From: Alphaproteobacteria bacterium
Lineage (GTDB): Bacteria; Pseudomonadota; Alphaproteobacteria; Rs-D84; CACZYB01
Reading direction: 5' to 3'
Assembly: GCA_017938435.1 (NCBI GenBank)
Contig: JAGBBO010000006.1
Location: 8,945 to 72,944, forward strand
DNA length: 64,000 nt
The notes beneath the pieces are model-generated. The model saw only the letters and a program-made list of their open reading frames with translations, had not been told where the DNA came from and searched no databases. Positions 36,683-47,169 of this stretch are shown in pieces. The position numbers and the translations under genes are program-made. Numbering within the stretch: position 1 is the first letter of the stretch; each line of letters starts with the position of its first letter.

Positions 36683-38134
36683 TTATTTTTCGCTTGATGG
36701 TGGGATTGTTGGAGGAGTATCATTTCTCCACTTTACATGGTGTTTGCAATAATATATTTCATATTTATTTCTTAATAAGGCAACCAAATTAAATGGTTCT
36801 GTTTTTACTTGTATATCAAGTTGTTGACCTTTTTTAACTTTAATTTTATATAAAAAATTAAAATCTTTTGATACACAAAGTGTGCGCCGTAAAACATCTT
36901 GGCCATTAACTTTTATTTTAGAAAAATAAGAATTATTCCCAAAGGTATTAAACACACATGTCACAAAGCCATCATCTTCAATCTTTAATTTTATTTCTGC
37001 ATTTTTTAAAAAACCTAAAAGTTCGACACCTTCACCATATTCTGTTCTAAGCCAAGATTGGTTTCGTGAAAATTTAACGCCAGAACATTCCTTTATTTCA
37101 ATTTTATTGTGTTTATTAAAAGAATCAGTCAAATCATTTGCACATAAAACAGCAACCTGAGCTTTATCTATTTTTATATCGCCTATACCTATTTTATTTA
37201 ACATATATTTATTATATCTTTTTCCAAAATTTTGGCTTGCGAGAAAATAGTAAATAGCCCTTTGACAATGATATTTTAAATATTCCACCCCATCCTTTGA
37301 AAGGTTATGCTTTTTTGCATAAAATTGTAAAAATTTAAAAATAATAAACAAACAATTTACAATATTTTTAACATTCTTACTTACACTATTTGGGGTATCG
37401 TGATTTTGCAATAATGGTTTGAAAATCATTGAAAATTTAAGACCTTTATGCAAAAGAATTTGGAACAAAAATAATGTATCATCAGGACCATTTAGTTTTG
37501 TAAAAAATCTTAAATGCAAATTATCAATTACTGATTTTTTTATTGCTAAATTCCAAATAACACCTTCGGTTTCATAAAGATCGAAATTTTTTCCATCAGA
37601 AACAAATCTTTCACCATAAGTAGTAGGAAGAGTCACAATCATCAGATTTTCTGTAAAATCACGTCTATATTGAAATACCTCATTTTCAAAAGATAAAAAA
37701 TGGTAATTTGTTTTCTTTATCGCATCTTTTATATATTCAAACATTACGATATCAGAATCATCTTCTATAATACGACCATAAACTGTGCTACAAGTATCAG
37801 GCATATATTCATCATCACTATCAAGAAACATTATATATTTTCCAGTAGCATACTGCATACCAGTATTTCTTGCCTTTGCAACACCACCATTTTCTTGATG
37901 AATAACCTTTATTCTATCATCTTTTCTTGCAAATTCATAAAGAACTTCTAAAGAATTATCCTTGGATCCATCATCAACGCAAATTATTTCTATATCACGA
38001 AATATTTGTGCGCGTAAACTTTGAATACTTCTATCAACAAGTTTACCTCTGTTATAGACTGGCATAATAATGGAAAAAATGGCATCTAAAATCCCCGTGT
38101 TACAATTAAATATAATTCCGATTAAAGATAACAA
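36683..38134 (-). CDS. Glycosyltransferase family 2 protein (GT-A fold) with an extended C-terminal domain
   Basis: IIMPVYNRGKL...CVDDGSKDNS...YIMFLDSDDEY (the GT2 signatures, including DxD). Confidence 0.75.
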   Translation of the reverse strand: MLSLIGIIFNCNTGILDAIFSIIMPVYNRGKLVDRSIQSLRAQIFRDIEIICVDDGSKDNSLEVLYEFARKDDRIKVIHQENGGVAKARNTGMQYATGKYIMFLDSDDEYMPDTCSTVYGRIIEDDSDIVMFEYIKDAIKKTNYHFLSFENEVFQYRRDFTENLMIVTLPTTYGERFVSDGKNFDLYETEGVIWNLAIKKSVIDNLHLRFFTKLNGPDDTLFLFQILLHKGLKFSMIFKPLLQNHDTPNSVSKNVKNIVNCLFIIFKFLQFYAKKHNLSKDGVEYLKYHCQRAIYYFLASQNFGKRYNKYMLNKIGIGDIKIDKAQVAVLCANDLTDSFNKHNKIEIKECSGVKFSRNQSWLRTEYGEGVELLGFLKNAEIKLKIEDDGFVTCVFNTFGNNSYFSKIKVNGQDVLRRTLCVSKDFNFLYKIKVKKGQQLDIQVKTEPFNLVALLRNKYEIYYCKHHVKWRNDTPPTIPPSSEK

Positions 38135-38172
38135 ATAAGCACTATCTTTGCAAGAAAATTTTTAAAAAACAA

Positions 38173-38937
38173 TTAAATGCTATCAGATGTTTCCTTGTCT
38201 GCTAAATTCCAAACAAGTTCATAAGATTCCCCCGTTTTCTTATCCTTGCCAAGTTTAAGAGAATTTACAAATTCAGTATGTTCTGCAATTTCTTCGTCGG
38301 TTGCGGGGAAATGACGCGCAGTATGAAATTCACCATGTTCTATTTTCACAGGAGCATCGGTTAGAGAATTGATATGTTCAGAAGCATCTTGTTGTTTAAA
38401 GAAATCAACCTCTTTTCCACCAAGAAGTTCGATATAAACCTCAGCAAGAAGTCGAGCATCAAGTAAAGCACCATGCAAATCACGGTTAGAATTATCAATT
38501 CCATAACGAACACAAAGTGCATCCAAACTATGTCTTGCAAGATGAGGATTTTTCTTTCGCGAAATGGCAAGGGTATCAACCATTCTGTCCCATGAAACCT
38601 CAGGCATATCAAGACGGCGAAATTCGGCATTTATAAAGTTAATATCAAACACTGCATTGTGGGCAACCAGCTTTGCATCGCCGATAAATTTCACAAAATC
38701 ATCGGCAATTTCAGCAAATGTTGGCTTATCAGATAAAAATTCAGTCGTTAACCCGTGGACCTTTACAACAGCCTCTGGAACTTCGCGTTCAGGATTTATA
38801 TAGCGGTGAAAAGTTTTACCGGTTGGGGTATGATTTATCATTTCAATACATCCAACTTCGACAAGTCGGTCATCGCCAGAGTAATTAAACCCTGTTGTTT
38901 CGGTATCAAATACTATTTCTCTTAAACTTTCTGCCAT
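38173..38937 (-). CDS. dnaQ: DNA polymerase III epsilon subunit (3'-5' proofreading exonuclease)
   Basis: Exo I IVFDTETTG, Exo II VAHNAVFD, Exo III HGALLDA. Confidence 0.85.
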   Translation of the reverse strand: MAESLREIVFDTETTGFNYSGDDRLVEVGCIEMINHTPTGKTFHRYINPEREVPEAVVKVHGLTTEFLSDKPTFAEIADDFVKFIGDAKLVAHNAVFDINFINAEFRRLDMPEVSWDRMVDTLAISRKKNPHLARHSLDALCVRYGIDNSNRDLHGALLDARLLAEVYIELLGGKEVDFFKQQDASEHINSLTDAPVKIEHGEFHTARHFPATDEEIAEHTEFVNSLKLGKDKKTGESYELVWNLADKETSDSI

Positions 38938-39059
38938 AGTAGGATTATATTACAAATAATATAAGATTTTTGCAAGAAACTTTTTTACTTTAAATTGTTG
39001 CCTTTTACTTACCATTACCTTATAATCAAAAATATAGAAAAAACAGAAAGGAGATTACT

Positions 39060-39602
39060 ATGTTAGAAAGAACACTTGTTATTTTAAAACCTGATGCAGT
39101 GAAAAGACAACTTTGCGGAAGAATCATTTCTATGTTCGAAGATGCTGGATTTAAGATTATTGCAACAAAAATGACTATTGCACCAAAAGAACTTTTGGAA
39201 AGACATTATCCAAGCAATAACAAGTGGTACACTTCTGTTGGAAATAAATCTATTGATAATTTCAAAGAAGTTGGTCTTGATATAAAAGATGTTATGGGAA
39301 CAGATGATCCTTTGGAAATTGGAAAAACTGTTAAAAAATGGCTTGTTGATTATATGACTTCCGGTCCTGTGCTTGCAATGGTATTGGAAGGAAACAATGC
39401 AATTAAAAATGTAAGAAAGATGTGTGGAAATACTATTCCATCGAATGCTGATCCATCAACAATTCGTGGAAAATTTTCGATTGATTCATCGGATGTTGCA
39501 AATGCAGAACACAGACCAGTTCATAACCTTATCCATGCAAGTGGTGAACCTGATGAAGCAAAGTATGAAATTTCTCTTTGGTTTGGAAGTGAGAACGCAT
39601 AA
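39060..39602 (+). CDS. ndk: Nucleoside diphosphate kinase, long form with a roughly 45-aa insertion
   Basis: [30 protein letters not shown], and NLIHASG (the active-site His region). Insertion lies between ...LLERHY and MTSGPV. Confidence 0.8.
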   Translation: MLERTLVILKPDAVKRQLCGRIISMFEDAGFKIIATKMTIAPKELLERHYPSNNKWYTSVGNKSIDNFKEVGLDIKDVMGTDDPLEIGKTVKKWLVDYMTSGPVLAMVLEGNNAIKNVRKMCGNTIPSNADPSTIRGKFSIDSSDVANAEHRPVHNLIHASGEPDEAKYEISLWFGSENA

Positions 39603-39850
39603 TGTTTGAAGATATTAAAAATTTAAGTTTCGAAGAAAGTTTGGCTGAACTTGAAACCATAATCAAAAAAATGGAAAGTGGTGATGTAAAACTTTCACAA
39701 TCTGTTGAATTTTATGAACGCGGTATTGCATTAAAAAATCATTGTGAAGATATTTTAAAAGATGCAAAACTGAAGATAGAAAAAATTCAACTTAAACCTA
39801 TGTCAAATGATGGGCAAGAGTTTGAAACGGTTCCGTTTGATGTAAAATAA
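39602..39850 (+). CDS. xseB: Exodeoxyribonuclease VII small subunit
   Basis: 82 aa, [45 protein letters not shown] start/stop overlap with ndk. Confidence 0.8.
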   Translation: MFEDIKNLSFEESLAELETIIKKMESGDVKLSQSVEFYERGIALKNHCEDILKDAKLKIEKIQLKPMSNDGQEFETVPFDVK

Positions 39851-39854
39851 AAAT

Positions 39855-39890
39855 AAAAAAAGCACTTTAAATAGTGCTTTTATTTTTTCC
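39855..39890. terminator. Bidirectional terminator (aaagcact-ttaaat-agtgcttt + T-run) between convergent xseB and virD4
   Basis: Perfect 8-bp stem with flanking A- and T-runs. Confidence 0.7.
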
Positions 39891-41985
39891 TTAACCAATC
39901 AGGCACAGCCGGTGCAGGTGGAATTTGTGATTTTGCAAGAAGTTTTGGATCCTTGTAATACCTTGGGCTTTCTGCCTCAATAGGGTATCGAGGATAACCT
40001 TGCATAATAACGATTTGTTTTTCCGGAGAAAGTGACATAATTTTACTTGTGCTATATAATGACTTTTTTCCAACGTTAATATCAAAATCTCGTTTAAATG
40101 CATTAAGATTGGTTCCGTTTTTATATTTTGTTTCAGCAAAATTCATATCACCCATAATCTTTGAAAAACGAGCTGCTGTATTTTCATTATTTTGTGTAAG
40201 CAAAATTTTTGCCGCAGTTGTTGACATCAAGGTTTCAACATGTTCACGACCATATCCTGCCTCTATCTGACCCAAATCCTGGGCAATTAAAAGATATGAA
40301 ACTTTTTGACCACGACCAACCGCAGGTCCATCAATAACGGCATTTAATTTTGGCATTTGAGGAAACTCGTCAAGTACAAAAAGTGTAGGACATGGTCCGG
40401 CTTTAACTCCACCACCTAAATCTTTTCCTGGTGGTGTAGAAATAAGATAATTTGACATCAATTCAACAAAAACACCAGTAATAACATTTAATGCACGGGC
40501 ATCTGTTTGATTTACTGATAAATAAATAGTCACAGGTTTCATTTTACCATCAGTTGGATCAACCATACCACGCAAATCTTTGAAAGAAAAATCACTATGT
40601 GAAGTTCTTTGGCGGACGGCTTGGTTTTTAAAAATACCAATACCAGTTAAACCAGTGGAAAGAATAGATCCTCGTTCCTTATCTGGCGTATTGGCAAGTT
40701 GTGTCATTTCCAAAACAGCACGATGAGAATATCCATAACGACGCGCTTCCATAACTGCATTTTCAAGCATTTCTTTCATAGGATCAGCAAGTGCAGCCAT
40801 TTGATCGCCCTGCTCCTTTCGTTGTCTTATATCCTCAGAAATATGGACCTGAGCTTCACTCATCCAATCAAGAAGCATTGGAATATTTGCTTCGTGTCCG
40901 ACCCATTCCTTTGGAATATCAGCCCATGTTCCAACAGGAACATAATTATCTTTATTTATTTTTCCCTCACGAAGAAGTGTTAATGCACCCATTGCATAAC
41001 TGTCATTCATAGAAAGATAATATTGTTCCAAACTTGCCGCATCACGCGCATTAAATTCTCCATTAGAAAGTCGTGTATAAAAATAATCACTAGCAGTTGC
41101 GCGTTCACATTTGGAAACTATGTAATGCATAAAACCAGAAAGTGCATTTCTACCAGTTTTTGACCAGTGTGGATCAGCCGAAGATCCAGCAGGATCTTGA
41201 ACAAAAACATTAACCATACTATCGATATACATATCCCTATCTGGACCTTGGGGAGGAATGGTGCCTGGTGATAATGGGTTCCATGATGGATAATATTCAC
41301 CCTTTTCAGGATTATCTTCTTTACCCCAATTCATAATAAACACAGGACCAATTTTTGCACGATAACCACTTGTGATATAACAAAGTTCTGGCTTAGGGTC
41401 ATTGACAATCATACTTACCGTATCACATTCAAAAATTGTTGGAATAACTATACCAACAGTTTTACCAGTTCCAGGAGGAGCACACGCAAGAACAGATAAT
41501 GTTTCTCCTAATTTTAAAAAACGCTTTTTAAAACGACCAAGAACTATAATAAATCCATCCCAAACTTTCATTTTTTTCATAATTTTTTCATCAGCATTTT
41601 TTGAATATGCCGCAGGGGTAGATGTGACATCATACGGATTAGAATTATTTATTACCACAAGTGTAGGCGGAATTGCCATAAGTGGAATTGCAGGAATAAT
41701 TGTTGATGTATGCCCACTTACAAAAGCCATAATCCATTCATAATAAGCCCATAAGACATAGAACCCAGCGGTATTAAAAATATTTCTAAAATATCGTTGC
41801 ATTTTTGCAGAATGGAAAACTGCCATATCGAAATCATGATTTACCCAAAAAGAAATTGGAAAAATCATTATCAAAACTCCCCACAAAAGAAGTCCTGATA
41901 TAATATATGCAAACATAAGCCATCGGGCAGCCTTTTGATGTTCGCCTTCATACTTATCTTCAAATACTTTTTTAAGAAATACCAT
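39880..41985 (-). CDS. virD4: Type IV secretion system coupling protein VirD4/TraG family. Start placed at internal ATG MVFLKK...
   Basis: Two N-terminal transmembrane segments, Walker A LACAPPGTGKTVGIVIPTI (compare APTRSGKGVGVVIPT in VirD4), Walker B LFVLDEFPQMPKL. Confidence 0.85.
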   Translation of the reverse strand: MVFLKKVFEDKYEGEHQKAARWLMFAYIISGLLLWGVLIMIFPISFWVNHDFDMAVFHSAKMQRYFRNIFNTAGFYVLWAYYEWIMAFVSGHTSTIIPAIPLMAIPPTLVVINNSNPYDVTSTPAAYSKNADEKIMKKMKVWDGFIIVLGRFKKRFLKLGETLSVLACAPPGTGKTVGIVIPTIFECDTVSMIVNDPKPELCYITSGYRAKIGPVFIMNWGKEDNPEKGEYYPSWNPLSPGTIPPQGPDRDMYIDSMVNVFVQDPAGSSADPHWSKTGRNALSGFMHYIVSKCERATASDYFYTRLSNGEFNARDAASLEQYYLSMNDSYAMGALTLLREGKINKDNYVPVGTWADIPKEWVGHEANIPMLLDWMSEAQVHISEDIRQRKEQGDQMAALADPMKEMLENAVMEARRYGYSHRAVLEMTQLANTPDKERGSILSTGLTGIGIFKNQAVRQRTSHSDFSFKDLRGMVDPTDGKMKPVTIYLSVNQTDARALNVITGVFVELMSNYLISTPPGKDLGGGVKAGPCPTLFVLDEFPQMPKLNAVIDGPAVGRGQKVSYLLIAQDLGQIEAGYGREHVETLMSTTAAKILLTQNNENTAARFSKIMGDMNFAETKYKNGTNLNAFKRDFDINVGKKSLYSTSKIMSLSPEKQIVIMQGYPRYPIEAESPRYYKDPKLLAKSQIPPAPAVPDWLRKK

Positions 41986-42045
41986 TTTCCCTATCCCTAT
42001 AGTAATAGTATAGCACATTTTTTTTATAAGGTAAAGTGGCAAAAT

Positions 42046-43200
42046 CTATTTAATTTGAGAATTTTCTATTTCTATAAATAATGAACTTTTATTTTCAAAA
42101 AACTCAAAATCTGAACGCAAAATTCCAGTCATCCAAACCTGTGTTGGAAGTTTTTCAAGTTCCTTAAACAACTCTAAAGTTTTTATTTCATCAAGATGGG
42201 CCGGAGCTTCGTCAATTAAAATTAACGGATACTTATTAAAATACAAATAAAGCATATTTGCATAAGCAAGAATTATCGAAATAACAGCCAACTTTTGTTC
42301 ACCAGTTGATGTTTGATCAGCAGGCATATTTTTATCCAAATTTATTGCTGAAAAATCGGAACGATGAACTCCTTCTACCGGTGGGGAAAAAGTAAATTTG
42401 AATAATTCCCTATTATCCAACAATGATTTTTTATAGAAATCCTCTACCTCAACGGATTTTAAGGTCTTTAGTTTTTCCTCTATTGCACCATCAATATGGA
42501 TTTGAATTTTTGGGAAGACATTATCCGAAGTCTTTAAAATATTATTAAGTTTTTCTTCGAATTCAATTCTTAATGCCGCAATAGAAACGCCCTTTTCTAC
42601 TATTTCAGACTCAATCGCATCAAGCCATTTTTCATCAACATTGTGTGATTTTAAAACCTTTGCCCTTTGTTTTAAAAGATTTGAATATTGGTTAAGGGAA
42701 ACGCCATAAAATGGATAAAAATTGGATATAAGATTATCAAGAAACTTTCTTCGTTCACCGGTTGCTTCGGAAAAAAGTCTATCCATAAACGGAGTAATCC
42801 AAATAACACGAATATAGTTTTGTAAATCGCCAACGGTTATATTATCATCATTAGCAATAATCTGTCTTTTTTCAACAATATCGTCATCATCAGAAATATT
42901 TTGTTTATCGGTGTAATTATAAGACAAACCAAGATTAAAAACATCATCATCACTTTCTATTTGTGAGGAAATTGTAAAAACAGAAATGTTTGCATTAGTT
43001 TTTCCAAGTTGCGAAAGTTTTGCCTTTCTGAATGGACCAGATTGTGATAGCATGGAAATTGCTTCTAAAATATTTGTCTTTCCAGCACCATTTTCACCAG
43101 TAATAATGATATTTTTTGAAAGATTAGTATCAATTCTTAATTTTTCATAAGAACGATAATTATTCAAAACAAGTCTTTTTATAAAATATGAATTTATCAT
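42046..43200 (-). CDS. recF: DNA replication and repair protein RecF
   Basis: Walker A GENGAGKTNILEAIS, signature region, Walker B LILIDEAPAHLD. 384 aa. Confidence 0.85.
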   Translation of the reverse strand: MINSYFIKRLVLNNYRSYEKLRIDTNLSKNIIITGENGAGKTNILEAISMLSQSGPFRKAKLSQLGKTNANISVFTISSQIESDDDVFNLGLSYNYTDKQNISDDDDIVEKRQIIANDDNITVGDLQNYIRVIWITPFMDRLFSEATGERRKFLDNLISNFYPFYGVSLNQYSNLLKQRAKVLKSHNVDEKWLDAIESEIVEKGVSIAALRIEFEEKLNNILKTSDNVFPKIQIHIDGAIEEKLKTLKSVEVEDFYKKSLLDNRELFKFTFSPPVEGVHRSDFSAINLDKNMPADQTSTGEQKLAVISIILAYANMLYLYFNKYPLILIDEAPAHLDEIKTLELFKELEKLPTQVWMTGILRSDFEFFENKSSLFIEIENSQIK

Positions 43201-44018
43201 TATAGTTTATGTGTCTGTTGTAATATTCCACCAATACGCAAGGGTTCAATAGATTTTGCAAGTCCAGTTTTATCATCTGTTTCTATAATTACACCACAGA
43301 TTGTTGCTTCACCTTCTGCTGGTTCAAGATGATTTTTTATGTTCCTATCAAAAAATCTATCAATGGATGCTTGCTTTTTCATACCAATGGACGAGTCATA
43401 ATCCCCACACATTCCAGCGTCGGATTGAAATGCAGTTCCATTTGGTAAAATATGAGCATCACCAGTTGGAATATGTGTATGAGTTCCAACAACTGCACTT
43501 ACCTTTCCATCGACATAATTTGCAAGTGACATTTTTTCACTTGTTGCTTCGGCGTGCATATCTATAAATATTGCATCCACATGAACACCAAGAGTATATT
43601 TTTCTAAAATATTTGTAATAGTAATAAATGGATTATCAAGATTTTCCCTATCAATAAAAAGATTACCAAGCAAATTTATAACCAAAACTTTTTTACCATT
43701 ATTTGCAGTAAATACCTTTGCCCCTATACCATCATTATATTTATTATAATTAGCAGGACGAAGTATCCTTAATTCCTCCTGTAGATATGGTTTTATAGTC
43801 ATTTGATCCCATATATGATCACCAGTAGTAATTACATCTATTGGATATTTAAAAAATTTTTCAGAAACACTTGGGTTTATACCAAATCCATGTGCGGAAT
43901 TTTCTGCATTTACAATAGTAAAATCAATTTTTAATTTTGATACAATTTTATTGATATAGGCAAAAACTTGTCTTCTTCCACTTCTACCAACTACATCGCC
44001 AAGAAATAAAATTCTCAT
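43200..44018 (-). CDS. ymdB: YmdB-family metallophosphoesterase (2',3'-cyclic-nucleotide phosphodiesterase, TIGR00282)
   Basis: MRILFLGDVVGRSGR, ...NAENSAHGFG..., GDHIWD, GTHTHIPT (calcineurin-like metal-binding motifs in YmdB arrangement). Confidence 0.8.
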   Translation of the reverse strand: MRILFLGDVVGRSGRRQVFAYINKIVSKLKIDFTIVNAENSAHGFGINPSVSEKFFKYPIDVITTGDHIWDQMTIKPYLQEELRILRPANYNKYNDGIGAKVFTANNGKKVLVINLLGNLFIDRENLDNPFITITNILEKYTLGVHVDAIFIDMHAEATSEKMSLANYVDGKVSAVVGTHTHIPTGDAHILPNGTAFQSDAGMCGDYDSSIGMKKQASIDRFFDRNIKNHLEPAEGEATICGVIIETDDKTGLAKSIEPLRIGGILQQTHKL

Positions 44019-44083
44019 AATACTCTTTCAATTTGTTTTTTGTTTATTTTAATCAAAAGGTCAAAGATTTACAATAAAAAAAT

Positions 44084-44115
44084 ATCCCCAAAAAAACCTT
44101 GGGGATAAAATTCTT
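44084..44115 (-). terminator. Rho-independent terminator downstream of fdx (tatcccc-11-nt loop-ggggata + T-run on the minus strand)
   Basis: Hairpin followed by a T7 run, read on the minus strand. Confidence 0.6.
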
Positions 44116-44132
44116 TAAAAATAATAAAGATA

Positions 44133-44309
44133 TTATTCATCTTTTGAAATTGCTTCAACAGGACAATTTTCAGCACATGTTGCACAATCAACACATTTTG
44201 CAGGATCGATTTCGTATCCACCATCTTTGAAAGCAACTGCTGACTGTGGGCAAATAGCCTCACATTGACCACATGTGATACAAATATCTTTATTTATTTT
44301 ATAAGCCAT
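44133..44309 (-). CDS. fdx: 2x[4Fe-4S] ferredoxin, 58 aa (below the 60-aa cutoff of the ORF track)
   Basis: My translation: MAYKINKDICITCGQCEAICPQSAVAFKDGGYEIDPAKCVDCATCAENCPVEAISKDE. Two CxxCxxCxxxCP clusters. Ribosome-binding site AAGGAG 7 nt upstream of the ATG. Confidence 0.75.
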   Translation of the reverse strand: MAYKINKDICITCGQCEAICPQSAVAFKDGGYEIDPAKCVDCATCAENCPVEAISKDE

Positions 44310-44390
44310 TTTTAAACTCCTTTTAAGTTTTATTAAAGTTTGTCTTTTGCAAGTATGCCAAAAATAGGAATATTTTGCAAGTATTTTTTA

Positions 44391-45125
44391 TTATTCCCTA
44401 TTATTACCCATAATATTCAAAAGTGCGGTAAAAATATTAAGGAAAGATAAATACAAATTCAATGCACAAAAGACAGCAAGTTTATCTGATGTTTCGCCAT
44501 ATCCTCCAAAATTAGAATAAATGTATTTTATTTGTTGTGTTTCGTATGCAACTAATGCTGTGAAAATTAAAACTACGGCATAAGAGAACCAAATTCCAAC
44601 TCCACCAAAGAAAATACTAAATATTGATACAAGGAATAATCCCCATACTGCCATCATTAAAAAACTTCCCATTCCAAGTAAATCTTTGTCTGTAATATAA
44701 CCGTAAAGGGACATACTTCCAAATAAAATTGCAGTTAGGAAAAATGCCTGGAATGCGTTATGAACACCAGCATATAAAATCAATAAAGATATTGATGCAC
44801 CTTCAAGTCCAGCAATGGTGAAAAGTCCAATTTTTGAACCTTTTGCACCAATAGTCCTACTGAAACTCATATACAAAATAATAAAAAGTGGGGACCATGC
44901 AACAAGTGTTCCAAGTCCGGTATAACCAACAACGCCGGTTGCTGAAACTTTTAAAAATAGGTTTATAAGACCTGTTCTTAAAATAAGATATGAAATAACG
45001 GCAGTTAACCCTAAACTTGCCATCATATAATTGAAAACCTTTCTTGTGTATGCTTTCAATCCTTCGTTACCAACAACTTTTTCTTTTTTTGTATCGTAAA
45101 CATATTCAAAATCTTTTGCTTGCAT
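44391..45125 (-). CDS. Bax inhibitor-1 / YccA family membrane protein
   Basis: 7-transmembrane protein of 244 aa. Conserved BI-1 family features (...GLFLVSIFSIFFG..., charged C-terminus). Confidence 0.7.
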   Translation of the reverse strand: MQAKDFEYVYDTKKEKVVGNEGLKAYTRKVFNYMMASLGLTAVISYLILRTGLINLFLKVSATGVVGYTGLGTLVAWSPLFIILYMSFSRTIGAKGSKIGLFTIAGLEGASISLLILYAGVHNAFQAFFLTAILFGSMSLYGYITDKDLLGMGSFLMMAVWGLFLVSIFSIFFGGVGIWFSYAVVLIFTALVAYETQQIKYIYSNFGGYGETSDKLAVFCALNLYLSFLNIFTALLNIMGNNRE

Positions 45126-45305
45126 AGTAATTCTCCTTTCGTTGCTATGTATATTTTATATATAGTAAAAAAGAAAAAATAATTCAAGAATAAAACGCTA
45201 ACTTATTGAAAAGAGTCTATTTTTCAAAAATCAAGAAAAATTTTTCCAAAATTTTGCATTTTTGTGCTTTTTTTAATCCAAAAATTATGCTATACTTGGT
45301 TTTGA

Positions 45306-46400
<1,095 letters not shown>

Positions 46401-46408
46401 ATTTTAAA

Positions 46409-47044
46409 TTGAGAATGTTGATAATGAAAAAATCCGTTTTGTTTTTGCTTGCACTTAGTGGATGTGTAAGACTTAATTATGTTGATATTCCTGCACAAGA
46501 AAATTCATATAAATTTAGATATGTTGGCGAAAATGCACTTGTAGAATGTGTGGATGAAAAACTTGCTGATCGTATGTGTGAAAAAGATGGAATAACTCCA
46601 GCAAATGGTATTTGGGCACAAGAAATAAGTGGTAAAAAATATGCTGTTAACTATACTTTCTTTTCTGCAGGACTTAAAATTGCTTCGGAACTTTATGATG
46701 AAAATGCTGGTGCTGGAATAAAGGGATATGTTGAGGTTGATGGAAACAGTTATACATATTGTCGTAATGGAAATTTGTGTAATATTAGTTGTAAAGTTTT
46801 TGATGATAAATTTATTTATATAACTGGTGATGCACTTTCTATTTGGGTGAAAGCTAAGGGTGCAGATGCACTTAAGTGTGCATTTATTGAAGGTTATTTA
46901 GAAGGATATTACGGTAAAGATAAAGCAATAAAACTTATATCAAAAAATTCAATGGTGGCAGATGTTTCTTGGGATTTTATTCGTCAACTAGATAAAACAA
47001 AAGGTAATCCGGATAAAAAAATAATTTTCAAAGACAAAGAATAA
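46409..47044 (+). CDS. Hypothetical lipoprotein, 211 aa, 8 Cys
   Basis: Signal peptide plus lipobox LALSGC. 8 nt downstream of ccrM. Confidence 0.5.
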   Translation: MRMLIMKKSVLFLLALSGCVRLNYVDIPAQENSYKFRYVGENALVECVDEKLADRMCEKDGITPANGIWAQEISGKKYAVNYTFFSAGLKIASELYDENAGAGIKGYVEVDGNSYTYCRNGNLCNISCKVFDDKFIYITGDALSIWVKAKGADALKCAFIEGYLEGYYGKDKAIKLISKNSMVADVSWDFIRQLDKTKGNPDKKIIFKDKE

Positions 47045-47064
47045 TACAAATATATTTCAGTTTA

Positions 47065-47095
47065 ATTCCAGTATAAATTTACTGGAATTTTTTTA
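47065..47095 (+). terminator. Rho-independent terminator (attccagta-taaatt-tactggaat + T8)
   Basis: Hairpin plus T-run after the lipoprotein gene. Confidence 0.65.
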
Positions 47096-47107
47096 TTTAA
47101 AATAAAT

Positions 47108-47150
47108 AAATGAAAACAAAAATCCCCCATGGAAACCGACACGGGGGATT
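47108..47150 (-). terminator. Rho-independent terminator for rlpA (aatccccc-14-nt loop-gggggatt, T-rich tail on the minus strand)
   Basis: C5/G5 clamp hairpin, 20 nt downstream of the rlpA stop. Confidence 0.6.
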
Positions 47151-47169
47151 AAAAAAGAAAAGGAATTTT

